From: an uncultured bacterium | GTDB taxonomy: Bacteria > Bacillota_I > Bacilli_A > RF39 > UBA660 | DNA: 64,000 nt | Assembly: GCA_900314465.1 (NCBI GenBank) | Contig: OMVK01000006.1 | Span: 87-64,086 of the forward strand | Direction of reading: 5' to 3' | Part shown: one piece after another, positions 39,032-49,043 of the stretch | Layout: the number at the start of each line of letters is the position of its first letter | Position numbering within the stretch: the first letter of the stretch is position 1 | Position numbers and translations under genes: made by a program | Notes under the pieces: generated by a model | What the model saw: only the letters and a program-made list of their open reading frames with translations | What the model was told of the DNA's origin: nothing | Databases searched by the model: none

Positions 39032-40297
39032 TTAAATTATAACACTACCATATACATTAATTCCATCTACTTTTTCTATCTTTACTAATACAAATGTATT
39101 TACTTCACATTCTTTATCTAGATTAACTTTAATATAATTAGAAGATAAACCAAAATTACCCTTTTCTACTAACACTTCTAAAGTTTTACCAATAAACTTC
39201 TTATAATAAGCACTTTCAAGTTCATCAGATAACTCAAGCATTCTTTTAGTTCTTGATTTTTTTATCTTAGGATCTACTTGTTTCATCAAAGAAGCTTTAG
39301 TACCATTTCTTAAACTATAAGGGAATGTATGTATCTTAGAAAAACCAATTTCTTTAGCTGTTTTAAGTGAATCTTCAAAATCTTCATCAGTTTCTTCAGG
39401 AAAACCTACGATTAAATCAGTAGTTATATTAATATTTGGTCTTACACTTCTTAATTTATTAATCATATTTTTATATTCATCTAAGTTATATTTTCTATTC
39501 ATTAATTTTAATACGTGATTAGAACCTGCTTGAATAGGTACATGCATATGATCACATATCTTAGGATTGTTTTTAAGTTCATTTAAGAATTTATCATCAA
39601 GTTCAGTTATTTCAATAGATGATATTCTTATTCTTTTTAAATTAGGATTCTTACTAGCTTCATGTATTAAATCAGTCAAATCATAATCTTCTCCATCACC
39701 ATAAGAACCTGTATGAATACCAGTTAATACTATTTCTTTATAACCATTATTAGCAAGTTCATTTATTTCATCTAATGCTATTTTAATATCTTTAGATCTA
39801 ATATTACCTCTTACAAAAGGAATAATACAATAAGAACAGAAATTATTACAACCATCTTGTATCTTAACAAACCCTCTAGTCCTATCTTCAAAATGAGTAA
39901 TCTTCATATCATCAAAAGAAGCATTTTTTATATCATCAAATTCTACTATTCTATTCTTAGATTTCATATAATTATCTACAAGTTCTACGATTTTAAGTTT
40001 ATTTCTCGTACCTACTAAAATATCTATATCTAAATCTATTAATTTATCTTTAAAATGTTCAGCACTACAACCACATACAACAATAACTGCATTATTATTA
40101 ACTTTTCTTGCATGTCTTATCATCTTTCTTGACTTAGAATCAGCTTCATTAGTAACAGTACATGTATTAATAACTATAACATCACTATCTTCAATATTCT
40201 CACTAATTAAATAATTATGTTTTTCAAACTCTTCTTTTAAAGCTTCAGATTCATATGCATTAACTTTACAACCAAGTGTAATAAAAGCTACTTTCAT
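39032..40297 (-). CDS. mtaB: radical-SAM methylthiotransferase, MtaB/YqeV-like (tRNA t6A37 methylthiolation)
   Basis: UPF0004 N-domain (MKVAFITLGCKVNAYESE). Radical-SAM CxxxCxxC reads CNNFCSYC. No MiaB-type extended C-terminus. AAGGGGA RBS before ATG at 40297. Confidence 0.75.
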   Translation of the reverse strand: MKVAFITLGCKVNAYESEALKEEFEKHNYLISENIEDSDVIVINTCTVTNEADSKSRKMIRHARKVNNNAVIVVCGCSAEHFKDKLIDLDIDILVGTRNKLKIVELVDNYMKSKNRIVEFDDIKNASFDDMKITHFEDRTRGFVKIQDGCNNFCSYCIIPFVRGNIRSKDIKIALDEINELANNGYKEIVLTGIHTGSYGDGEDYDLTDLIHEASKNPNLKRIRISSIEITELDDKFLNELKNNPKICDHMHVPIQAGSNHVLKLMNRKYNLDEYKNMINKLRSVRPNINITTDLIVGFPEETDEDFEDSLKTAKEIGFSKIHTFPYSLRNGTKASLMKQVDPKIKKSRTKRMLELSDELESAYYKKFIGKTLEVLVEKGNFGLSSNYIKVNLDKECEVNTFVLVKIEKVDGINVYGSVII

Positions 40298-40364
40298 AAA
40301 TATATCCCCTTTCAAAAACATATGTATTATAACAAATATTATTAAAAACAAAAAGAAGTGATAA

Positions 40365-40745
40365 TCACTTCTTTAAACTATTACATCCATTAGTAATATA
40401 ATTATATAAAATATATATAAAATTAAGTATATATATACACATAAATAATGGTATATAATAAGTCATAAGAAAATATATGGCTTCAGAACTAGTAATTAAA
40501 TATATTATATATAATATACCACCTACTCCTACAAATGGGCATGCCATATATAAAAGAGATGAGAATTTTTTATATCTTGAATAATATATTTTTTCAATAT
40601 TCTTTATTGCCATTAAAGTAATTACTACATTAAAGAAAAAACCTAAATATATAATAAATTCATTTTCTATAGTTAATGGAAGAATATAAAGTACTATTTG
40701 ACTAGCAATTATTATAAATAAATTTGTAATTAAACTTAAATACAT
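40365..40745 (-). CDS. small polytopic membrane protein, function unknown
   Basis: 4 predicted TM helices, 126 aa. Confidence 0.3.
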   Translation of the reverse strand: MYLSLITNLFIIIASQIVLYILPLTIENEFIIYLGFFFNVVITLMAIKNIEKIYYSRYKKFSSLLYMACPFVGVGGILYIIYLITSSEAIYFLMTYYIPLFMCIYILNFIYILYNYITNGCNSLKK

Positions 40746-40747
40746 AT

Positions 40748-41200
40748 TTACCTCACTAAATTACTTTGTAATTGTTTTAATGCTTTTAAGAAATCTTCTT
40801 CAGATTCATAATTATTAAGACTTGCTTTTATTTCATTTGATTCAACTTTAGCTTCCCTTGCTTGTACTTCTGGTTCATTTTCTAAATCTATTTTCTTTAC
40901 ATCAACATTAGTATCATTTTTATATTCAGAATCATAATTAAATTCTTCATTCTTTCTTTTAATTAATTCATCATAACTAATAACAGCATTATCTTCTTGT
41001 TCTTGTTCATAACTTGTAAGCCTTACAATCGCAGGCTTATAATCTCTTTCAATATTTTGTGTAATTGCCTCTAAATCAACATGATTTTTCTTTTCTGTAG
41101 CCATTTTCTTCTCCTTTTTACCTAAATAGATATCTATATAAACGAATATAACAAGTAGTACTAGTATGCATAAAATAGACAACAAATCATATATATTCAT
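40748..41200 (-). CDS. N-terminally anchored acidic protein, function unknown
   Basis: TM (LLSILCILVLLVIFVYIDIYLG), then a charged coiled-coil. Confidence 0.3.
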   Translation of the reverse strand: MNIYDLLSILCILVLLVIFVYIDIYLGKKEKKMATEKKNHVDLEAITQNIERDYKPAIVRLTSYEQEQEDNAVISYDELIKRKNEEFNYDSEYKNDTNVDVKKIDLENEPEVQAREAKVESNEIKASLNNYESEEDFLKALKQLQSNLVR

Positions 41201-41237
41201 ACCATCACTTACTTTCCATCGCTTTATTATAACATAA

Positions 41238-42116
41238 TTAATGTATAAGTAATGATATAAAACTCATTACATTATTCAAAGAATGCACAGAAGCATTCAA
41301 AATTAAATTATTATTCTTAACATAAACATATGCAAGAACCATACCTGCACTTATATAACTAATCGAACCAATTAATTCAGATAACTTAAATTCCTGTATT
41401 AGTGTATTAAGTACATATATATTACTTAATATTAAATAAGAAATAAGACAGGTGATTAATATTGCACACCCAACATAATATACTTTTAACTTTTTACTTA
41501 TATTCATATTAACAATATAGTCTATCATTATACCCATAATAAGTATACTTATCAAAGTTAATATATGTTGGGATATATGTGCAATACCAAAGATTAATCC
41601 ACTTATAGAAATAAATACCCCATTATTCTTAATTGACTCTCTAATAGATACTCTAAATACCATTTCTTCAATCAATGGTGCTATCACACAAGCATCTATA
41701 AATATAAGTCGTGGTGCACTTTTAAACATCTCTTCAATAGAAATTTGATTATCTATAGCTTGATATTCAATACCAAACATATTATAAATAAATACTACTA
41801 AATAACTAACAAAGAAATTAACTATTGAAAATAATATATAATATAGTAATATACTTTCTAATAACTTAAATATATTATTAATACTTACTTGATAATCTTT
41901 AAATATCTTTTTTCTAAATATAATACAAAATACTATAAAACTAATTAAATCAAGTAATAACTCTATTACTACAACATCATATGTATCACTAGAATTAATA
42001 CTTAAATTAGTTATCTTATTTATTAATTTATAAGATATACTAGGAAGTATTAAATATATTAAAAGTATTAATATAGTCTTAATTGGTTTAATAAAATTAT
42101 TAATTGTTTTACTCAT
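41238..42116 (-). CDS. CPBP family intramembrane metalloprotease (CAAX protease / Abi)
   Basis: Motif 1 EEMVFRVSIRE. Motif 2 FGIAH. 7-8 TM helices. Start set at MSKTINN (4-nt overlap with the upstream stop). Confidence 0.6.
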   Translation of the reverse strand: MSKTINNFIKPIKTILILLIYLILPSISYKLINKITNLSINSSDTYDVVVIELLLDLISFIVFCIIFRKKIFKDYQVSINNIFKLLESILLYYILFSIVNFFVSYLVVFIYNMFGIEYQAIDNQISIEEMFKSAPRLIFIDACVIAPLIEEMVFRVSIRESIKNNGVFISISGLIFGIAHISQHILTLISILIMGIMIDYIVNMNISKKLKVYYVGCAILITCLISYLILSNIYVLNTLIQEFKLSELIGSISYISAGMVLAYVYVKNNNLILNASVHSLNNVMSFISLLIH

Positions 42117-42790
42117 AATACTCCTACTAAATAAATACCACAACATATATATAAAGCATATGCAATATATACTATCCATATATTATATGTAGCTTTATAC
42201 ATATATGTAAGTAATATTATTATAATAGATGGTATTAAAGACATAAAGAATGCATTTTCAAAAGAAGTATTTAAAGAAAGTCCATATAAGAACCCATAAA
42301 TAATTCCTGAAAATAAAGATGCACTATTTATATTCTTAATAATATTTGAAAAACCAATTGGAAATATTACTACCAATAGGAATGGTTTTAATATGACATC
42401 TATAATTAAATTAAGTGCTGAAGTTAATATAAATGTTGTATTAAAATAATTAATAAAAGTATTACTAACAGGATGTCCTAGATATTCTAAGACTCTGTGA
42501 CATAATAGATTTACAAATACAAGTAATACAAAAGCTCCGAGAGAAAACACGACATTAACAAGTTTACTCTTACCCATTTTATGATTAGAACTATTAATAG
42601 TTCCATGATATAAGAGATAAGATATAAAGCATATTAAAGCATATTTTACTGTATTCATAATAATATATGCATTACCACCAAAATTAAGACCTATTTTCCC
42701 TAAAACAAAGAAAAAATAATTATCTATAAAATAGTAGCATAGTATGGCAATTATTAGTTTAATAACACCCTGTAAGCTTTCTTTATTCAT
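42113..42790 (-). CDS. polytopic membrane protein, possibly a degenerate CPBP-like paralog
   Basis: 6-7 TM helices. Lacks the EExxxR motif. Confidence 0.3.
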   Translation of the reverse strand: MNKESLQGVIKLIIAILCYYFIDNYFFFVLGKIGLNFGGNAYIIMNTVKYALICFISYLLYHGTINSSNHKMGKSKLVNVVFSLGAFVLLVFVNLLCHRVLEYLGHPVSNTFINYFNTTFILTSALNLIIDVILKPFLLVVIFPIGFSNIIKNINSASLFSGIIYGFLYGLSLNTSFENAFFMSLIPSIIIILLTYMYKATYNIWIVYIAYALYICCGIYLVGVL

Positions 42791-42875
42791 ACCATCACCT
42801 ATATTAACATTATATTATTAGACATTTTTGTAGACAATCAATTAACGTAAATAAAAAATTTAATTTACATTCTTT

Positions 42876-42916
42876 TACAAACATAAAAATACAACTTAAA
42901 TTAAATAAGTTGTATT
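42876..42916 (-). terminator. thrS terminator
   Basis: aatacaactt-aaattaaat-aagttgtatt hairpin, followed on the minus strand by TTTTTATGTTTG. Confidence 0.5.
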
Positions 42917-42924
42917 AATTTATA

Positions 42925-44700
42925 TTAGAAATCTAATTTATCATCTTTAGATTCTATCTTCTTATTAGCATATTTAATAAAGTCTTTTAAAGACATTTCT
43001 TTTTGTTCTTCAACACCATACGCTCTTACATTAACAGATTTAGAATCTCTTTCTTTATCACCAATAACTAAAGTAATAGGTATCTTTTTAACTTGTACTT
43101 CACGCATTCTATAAGATAATTTTTCATCTGAATCATATAATTTATATCTTATCTTATTCTTATGTAATTCATCACATACTTTTTTAGCATAATCTAAATG
43201 ATAATTATTGTTTACTGGTAATACTGCTACTTCAACTGGTGCAAGCCATAATGGTAAATGTCCCATAGTCTCTTCTAGGTAGAATGCTATAAATCTATCA
43301 AGTGAACCTAAAATAGCTCTATGAATTACTACTGGAGTTTTCTTTTCTCCATTTTCATCTATATAACTTAGATTAAATCTCTTAGGTAATAAGAAATCTA
43401 GTTGAATAGTTGATAAAGCAACTGGATTACCTACTGCTGGATGTATTAAAATATCAAGTTTAGGTCCATAAAATGCAGCTTCATCTTTTGCTTCAAAATA
43501 ATCTACATTAATATCTTTCATGACATTTCTTAAGGCATTTTCAGCATTATCCCACATTTCATCATCATCAAAATACTTATTAGTCTTAGAATATTTATCT
43601 CTTAAAGATAATCTAAATTCACAATTTTTAACATCTATATGCATATCTTTATATACTTCAAGTATTAAATCAAGAACACCTTTAAATTCTTGTTCTACTT
43701 GATCAGGTCTACAGAAAATATGTGAATCATTTTGTGTAAATGATCGAGTTCTTTCAATACCTTTAACTGCACCTGCTGCTTCATATCTAAAATCATTAGC
43801 AATCTCAGCAATTCTTACAGGCATATCACGATATGAATGTAATTTAGACCCAAACATAACCATATGATGTGGGCAGTTCATTGGTCTTAAAACATAAGTT
43901 TCCCCATCAAGTTCCATTGCAGGGAACATATCGTCTTTATAATGATCCCAATGTCCTGATGTAACATATAATTCTTTTGAACCAATATCTGGAGTATGAA
44001 CATGAACATAACCATGATCAAGTTCTTTTTCAGTTATATAATTTTGTAGTGTTCTCCATAAAGTATAACCATTAGGTAAATACATTGGAAGTCCTCTACC
44101 TACTAAATCAGATAACATATATATTTCTAGGTCTTTACCAATCTTACGATGATCTCTTTCTTTTGCTTCTTCAAGTTCTTTTAAATAAGCATCAAGTTCT
44201 TCTTTAGTTGGAAAACAAACACCATAGATACGTTGTAGCATCTTATTATTTGAATCTCCTTTCCAATAAGCACCAGAAAACTTAATTAACTTAAAGTACT
44301 TACATTCTTTAACAGAATCAACATGAGGACCACGACATAGGTCTGTATAATCACCTTGAGTATAAGTACTTATTACTTCATCTTTAGGCATATTATTAAT
44401 TAAATCTATCTTATAAGGGTCATCTTTAAATTCTTTTAAAGCTTCTTCTCTGCTTACTTCATGTCTAACTATCTTTTTACCATCTTTTGCTATTTTCTTC
44501 ATTTCTTTTTCAATAGCTTCGATATCACTATCAGTAATAACTTTATCTCCTAAGTCCATATCATAATAAAAACCACTTTCAATAACTGGACCAACCCAAA
44601 ATTTAGCATTTGGATATAAATGTTTTACTGCTTGTGCCATCATATGTGCACATGAATGATTTAACTTATGTAAATATTCATCTTCTAAAAAATTTACCAT
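42925..44700 (-). CDS. thrS: threonine--tRNA ligase (short form lacking N-terminal TGS domain, N2 editing domain retained)
   Basis: Begins directly in the N2 domain (HSCAHMMAQAVKHLYP..GPVIESGFYYD). CRGPHV, class II motifs and anticodon-binding domain present. 591 aa. Confidence 0.95.
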   Translation of the reverse strand: MVNFLEDEYLHKLNHSCAHMMAQAVKHLYPNAKFWVGPVIESGFYYDMDLGDKVITDSDIEAIEKEMKKIAKDGKKIVRHEVSREEALKEFKDDPYKIDLINNMPKDEVISTYTQGDYTDLCRGPHVDSVKECKYFKLIKFSGAYWKGDSNNKMLQRIYGVCFPTKEELDAYLKELEEAKERDHRKIGKDLEIYMLSDLVGRGLPMYLPNGYTLWRTLQNYITEKELDHGYVHVHTPDIGSKELYVTSGHWDHYKDDMFPAMELDGETYVLRPMNCPHHMVMFGSKLHSYRDMPVRIAEIANDFRYEAAGAVKGIERTRSFTQNDSHIFCRPDQVEQEFKGVLDLILEVYKDMHIDVKNCEFRLSLRDKYSKTNKYFDDDEMWDNAENALRNVMKDINVDYFEAKDEAAFYGPKLDILIHPAVGNPVALSTIQLDFLLPKRFNLSYIDENGEKKTPVVIHRAILGSLDRFIAFYLEETMGHLPLWLAPVEVAVLPVNNNYHLDYAKKVCDELHKNKIRYKLYDSDEKLSYRMREVQVKKIPITLVIGDKERDSKSVNVRAYGVEEQKEMSLKDFIKYANKKIESKDDKLDF

Positions 44701-44702
44701 AT

Positions 44703-45146
44703 TTATCTCTTCTTTCTATTTCTACTTTTATTAGCTCTTTTATTTCTTCTTATTTGTTCTGCATCAGGAAGATTGATATTAACCATGTTATCAAATATAT
44801 CATCATCTTTAAGTAATTCACTAGATATTTTATCACCACTAATTATAGATGGTCTTCTATAAGCAATTACTTGCATACCTCTACCCTTAAATCCTTTACT
44901 TTGAACTAATATTACTTCTCCACGATTAATCTGTTCTTGGGTTATTTCTTTAAACCCAACTCTTAATTCTTTTAAGATGTCAATAAACTCATCAGCATCA
45001 TAATGGTTCATATTTTTTATTTTTTCTCTTAATTCTTCATATCCATCAACTGATTTAAATAAATCAGTATCGATATATGGATATACATAATTAACTAGAA
45101 AAAATTCCATTGAGACTGTTCTACCTGTTAATTTTTTATTTTTCAT
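44703..45146 (-). CDS. hypothetical protein co-transcribed with thrS under T-box control (possible small beta-barrel RNA-binding fold)
   Basis: GGGGGA RBS 6 nt before ATG. Stop TAA, then 2 nt, then thrS ATG. Contains GEVILVQSKGFKGRGMQVIAYRRPSIISGD. Basic C-terminal tail RRNKRANKSRNRKKR. Confidence 0.45.
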   Translation of the reverse strand: MKNKKLTGRTVSMEFFLVNYVYPYIDTDLFKSVDGYEELREKIKNMNHYDADEFIDILKELRVGFKEITQEQINRGEVILVQSKGFKGRGMQVIAYRRPSIISGDKISSELLKDDDIFDNMVNINLPDAEQIRRNKRANKSRNRKKR

Positions 45147-45149
45147 AAA

Positions 45150-45395
45150 TCCCCCATAAACAAATAAAAAGGATGATACCTAAGGAGTCTATTACTAGAC
45201 GGTACCATCCTTTTATTTTACTTAATTTAATAACGGCTCTTCACCGGAGTTTATTAACTCTCTTGGAAAGTAGTAACAAGTAAGTTCTTATATTAACATT
45301 TCAGCACATAGTTAACTCTCTAAATAAGAATATTTAAATGTCTTGTCTTTCTTCACTGATTTACATAGATTATAATTCTTTTATTTTATAAATGC
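45150..45395 (-). ncRNA. T-box riboswitch leader for the (147-aa ORF)-thrS operon
   Basis: Minus-strand RNA contains AAAAGGAUGGUACCGUC T-box sequence plus terminator GGAUGGUACC...GGUAUCAUCC-UUUUUAUUU. AGAGAG (GA/K-turn) upstream. Confidence 0.7.
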
Positions 45396-45400
45396 AAATA

Positions 45401-47572
45401 CTAATTATTTATTTTTGGTTTATCTACATATATATTTTTACTAATACTATTAGTATTACCATCATTATCAGTTAATATACATGTTATTTGATTATTACCT
45501 AATTCAAGTTCAGAAGTATTATTAATAATCTTATAATTACTAATACATTTAATATTCTTTATATTACCTAAATTAACATAACTAGGTACATAATACATAT
45601 CTCCAATAGTTATATTATCTGGTATATTATCTAAATTGAATTCTTTATTTTCTTTATTCTTTTTACTAGTAGTACTTAAGTATTCTTTATCATTTGATAA
45701 TATATTAATTTTCTTAGAAGACGTACTTGTATTTCCATCAAGTGCTGTGATAACACATGTTATATTATGTTCTCCCTCACTTAGTTCATTAGTATTATAA
45801 ACTTTTGTATTATCATCTAAATTACAAGATACAAAACCTGTATCATGATTTCCATAGCTATAATAACTAGGTATTGAATAATTACTACCAACACTTACCT
45901 CATCAGGTATATTATCTAAACTAATAGATACACTAGTATTATCTTTAGAACCAATAGTAGAATAATTCATACTTATATAAACAGAATCTATATCAGTTAT
46001 ACTCTTAGTAACAATCTTATTATTTTCATATACTTTTTGATGCTTAATAGACATAGCATCTATTTTAGTATTTCCATATACACTTAATGTACCATCATAA
46101 GTTTTCCATTCACCATCATTAATACGATATAATTTTTCATCTGCAATCGTATCATAAACAATATTAATATTAGTCTTATCAGATACATTTACACTATAAT
46201 TATCTGGTCTAATATCAACATAAAGTGAATTATCTGGTGTAATAATATATTCATTATTATTAAGTACATATTTAATTATTATATTATTAACATCACTATT
46301 TTTAATATATAAAGAATTAGTATAATACTCCCAATCATCACTCATTCTTGAATATGTATTATCTTTAATACGATACATATATTGAGTAGCATTACTTGGA
46401 TAATTTAAATTAATATATGAATAATTATCTTCTACTTTATCATCAGTTTTACTAGGTATAACATTAATATTCTTATTTACTTCAATAGTATATCCATTAT
46501 TACCTACTAAATCACAAGTTATTTTATGTTCACCTAATGGTAATTCTTTAGTATTTTCAATACTAATATTACTATCATAATAACAAATAGTAGTACCATT
46601 AGTATTACTAAATTTAGTAACTGTAGGTACATTTATATCATCTTGATAAGTTATTATACTAGGTATACTTTGTAAAGATATACTTGGTATAGTATCATCA
46701 TTTATAACACTTGTAGATGATGATGTAGTAGTTCTTATACCTGTAGTTACTTTAAAAGAGGCAATAATACTATTATCTAAAGTATCACTTACTTTAACTT
46801 TAATATTATATGTTTTATTATTTTCTAGATTACTAAATATATAAGATTTATTACTTTCAATATATTCAGAATCGTCAATAGAATAATAATATTTACTAAT
46901 ACCACTTAAAGCATCACTGGCACTAACATTAACTTCGATACTCTTACTTGTAGTAATAGTATTAATAGAGCTTATTACAGGTGCTTCTGAATCTATTTGT
47001 ACTTTTAATCTATTTGATAAATATGATTCATCATTATTTTCAGATACACCTTTAAACCAAACAAACCAAGAACCAGATAAACTTATTTTCACACTCTTAG
47101 TATATGTATCATGCCATTCACATTCATCACTATTTCTATTATTACTAATACAATATTTATAATAAGATACATTAGCATTATTAAATTCAGCATCATCAGA
47201 AACATATATGACTTTAGATAAACTATAGCCACTAGATGACTCTTCAATAGTTGGATACCCACCAAAAAATGGTGCAGATACTTTACTGTTAATATAATAT
47301 ATAAAAGCAAAGATAATTATAAGAAGAATAAATAAAGGATATAATTTAATTCTACTAGGATATATTTTTAATACTTCACCATCTTTGATAATATGACCTA
47401 TCTTAGGTTCAGTTCTAGCAACACAATTCTTATCAATAAATAAAGTTATTACTTTTTTATCTTCGATATGATATTTAATCTTGTGTTCATCAAGTTCATC
47501 ACCAGCAATATCAAGCTCTAGATTTCTAATATCTGGTACAATTTTTCCCTTTATTTCTTTTTCTTTCTTCAT
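45401..47572 (-). CDS. bitopic surface protein: ~75-aa cytoplasmic N-domain, TM, then multiple Ig-like/Big-type beta-sandwich repeats
   Basis: TM LYPLFILLIIIFAFIYYINS. Repeated ~90-aa segments with shared ...Y...ELSEGEHNITCVIT.LDGNT / ELPLGEHKITCDLVGNNG / ELELGNNQITCILTDNDGNT motifs (3 copies). Confidence 0.5.
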   Translation of the reverse strand: MKKEKEIKGKIVPDIRNLELDIAGDELDEHKIKYHIEDKKVITLFIDKNCVARTEPKIGHIIKDGEVLKIYPSRIKLYPLFILLIIIFAFIYYINSKVSAPFFGGYPTIEESSSGYSLSKVIYVSDDAEFNNANVSYYKYCISNNRNSDECEWHDTYTKSVKISLSGSWFVWFKGVSENNDESYLSNRLKVQIDSEAPVISSINTITTSKSIEVNVSASDALSGISKYYYSIDDSEYIESNKSYIFSNLENNKTYNIKVKVSDTLDNSIIASFKVTTGIRTTTSSSTSVINDDTIPSISLQSIPSIITYQDDINVPTVTKFSNTNGTTICYYDSNISIENTKELPLGEHKITCDLVGNNGYTIEVNKNINVIPSKTDDKVEDNYSYINLNYPSNATQYMYRIKDNTYSRMSDDWEYYTNSLYIKNSDVNNIIIKYVLNNNEYIITPDNSLYVDIRPDNYSVNVSDKTNINIVYDTIADEKLYRINDGEWKTYDGTLSVYGNTKIDAMSIKHQKVYENNKIVTKSITDIDSVYISMNYSTIGSKDNTSVSISLDNIPDEVSVGSNYSIPSYYSYGNHDTGFVSCNLDDNTKVYNTNELSEGEHNITCVITALDGNTSTSSKKINILSNDKEYLSTTSKKNKENKEFNLDNIPDNITIGDMYYVPSYVNLGNIKNIKCISNYKIINNTSELELGNNQITCILTDNDGNTNSISKNIYVDKPKINN

Positions 47573-47648
47573 AATATATCTCCAAAATAATTATCTATAT
47601 AATATTATTTTTATTAATTATAGTCAAATTAAAGACTAGCAATTTATG

Positions 47649-49034
47649 CTAGCCTATTAATGTTGTTATATCATGCCATGTAACAAGTAATATTAATATC
47701 ATTAGTAATATAAAACCTACTGTATGGAAAGCATTTTCTACTTTTTCATTAACTCTATGTCCTGTTATTAATTCAATTAAAACAAATAATACATGTCCAC
47801 CATCAAATGCAGGGAATGGTAAGATATTAATAACAGCAAGATTAATAGATAAATATGCAGTTAAATAAACAATATTAGCAAAACCAAATGCCGATGCTTG
47901 ATCTACTATCTTATACATACCAACAGGTCCAGATAATGAATCAAGTCCAAGTTTACCAGTTACAAGTCCATATAAACATGCATACATAGTACGAATTAAA
48001 CAAATAAATGTACTTCCAGCATAACTTAAAGCATCCTTTAATCCATGTTTAACTTCACTGCTTGCGGATATACCAATTAAATCACTAACTATATATTCAC
48101 CTTCAGGTATATTATTATCACTTACTATTTTTTCTTCAGTATTTTCATCTGTTATTTTATAATAATTATCATTATAAATAAGATATTTACTAGGAGTTAT
48201 TGTAGTAGTAAATTCAGAACCATCTTGTCTTTTAATCTTATAATCATATGAGCCTTTCTTTTGATTAATTGTTAAAGAAACAGCCATATCATTCCAAGTA
48301 TATGTACGGTATCCTTCGATGCTTACTACACTATCACCTTCACGAACACCAGCTTCATACGCAGGTGAATCAGGAATAACACCAGTAATATAAGTAGATG
48401 TATCTCTTGAACCAGCACATAGTGAAATAAAGAACAAAAGAATTATCGCAAGTATAAGATTCATACATACACCTGCAACCAGTATTAATAATCTTTGATA
48501 TTTAGGTTTATTACATAATTGCATATCTTTTGGTATAGTATCATCATCTTCATAAGATTCACCAGCAAGTTGATTATACCCACCAATTGGAAGTGCTCTT
48601 AGACTATATAATGTTGGATCTCCTTTTCTTCTAAAACTTAAGACAAGTGGACCCATACCAATCGCAAACTCATAAACATAAACATTAAACTTCTTAGCCA
48701 TAATAAAATGACCAAATTCATGAACAAATATTAATACACTAAGCATCAATAAAAGTACAACTATATTCCAAATAATACTATGAGGGAAAAATACTAATAC
48801 TACTATAATAAATATAATAATTAATATAAGCTCTATAAAACTACCAATAGTTGCTTTTTCATCAGAATGATCATCACTCTTTTTGACTTCTTTTTCTTCT
48901 ATATTAATATCTATTTTACTATTTTTATTTTCTTTTTTTATTTCTTTCTTTTTTTCTTTAACATTCTTCTTTTTCTTATTAGGTATTTTTTCTTCAAAAG
49001 ATACTTCTTTTACTTTTTCATCTTTCTTCATCAA
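47649..49034 (-). CDS. rseP: RIP metalloprotease RseP (site-2 protease) with an unusual Lys-rich ~90-aa N-terminal extension
   Basis: HEFGHF (HExxH), PDZ domain, LSINLAVINILPFPAFDGGH (LDG motif). Confidence 0.85.
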   Translation of the reverse strand: MMKKDEKVKEVSFEEKIPNKKKKNVKEKKKEIKKENKNSKIDINIEEKEVKKSDDHSDEKATIGSFIELILIIIFIIVVLVFFPHSIIWNIVVLLLMLSVLIFVHEFGHFIMAKKFNVYVYEFAIGMGPLVLSFRRKGDPTLYSLRALPIGGYNQLAGESYEDDDTIPKDMQLCNKPKYQRLLILVAGVCMNLILAIILLFFISLCAGSRDTSTYITGVIPDSPAYEAGVREGDSVVSIEGYRTYTWNDMAVSLTINQKKGSYDYKIKRQDGSEFTTTITPSKYLIYNDNYYKITDENTEEKIVSDNNIPEGEYIVSDLIGISASSEVKHGLKDALSYAGSTFICLIRTMYACLYGLVTGKLGLDSLSGPVGMYKIVDQASAFGFANIVYLTAYLSINLAVINILPFPAFDGGHVLFVLIELITGHRVNEKVENAFHTVGFILLMILILLVTWHDITTLIG

Positions 49035-49043
49035 TAAACCTCC

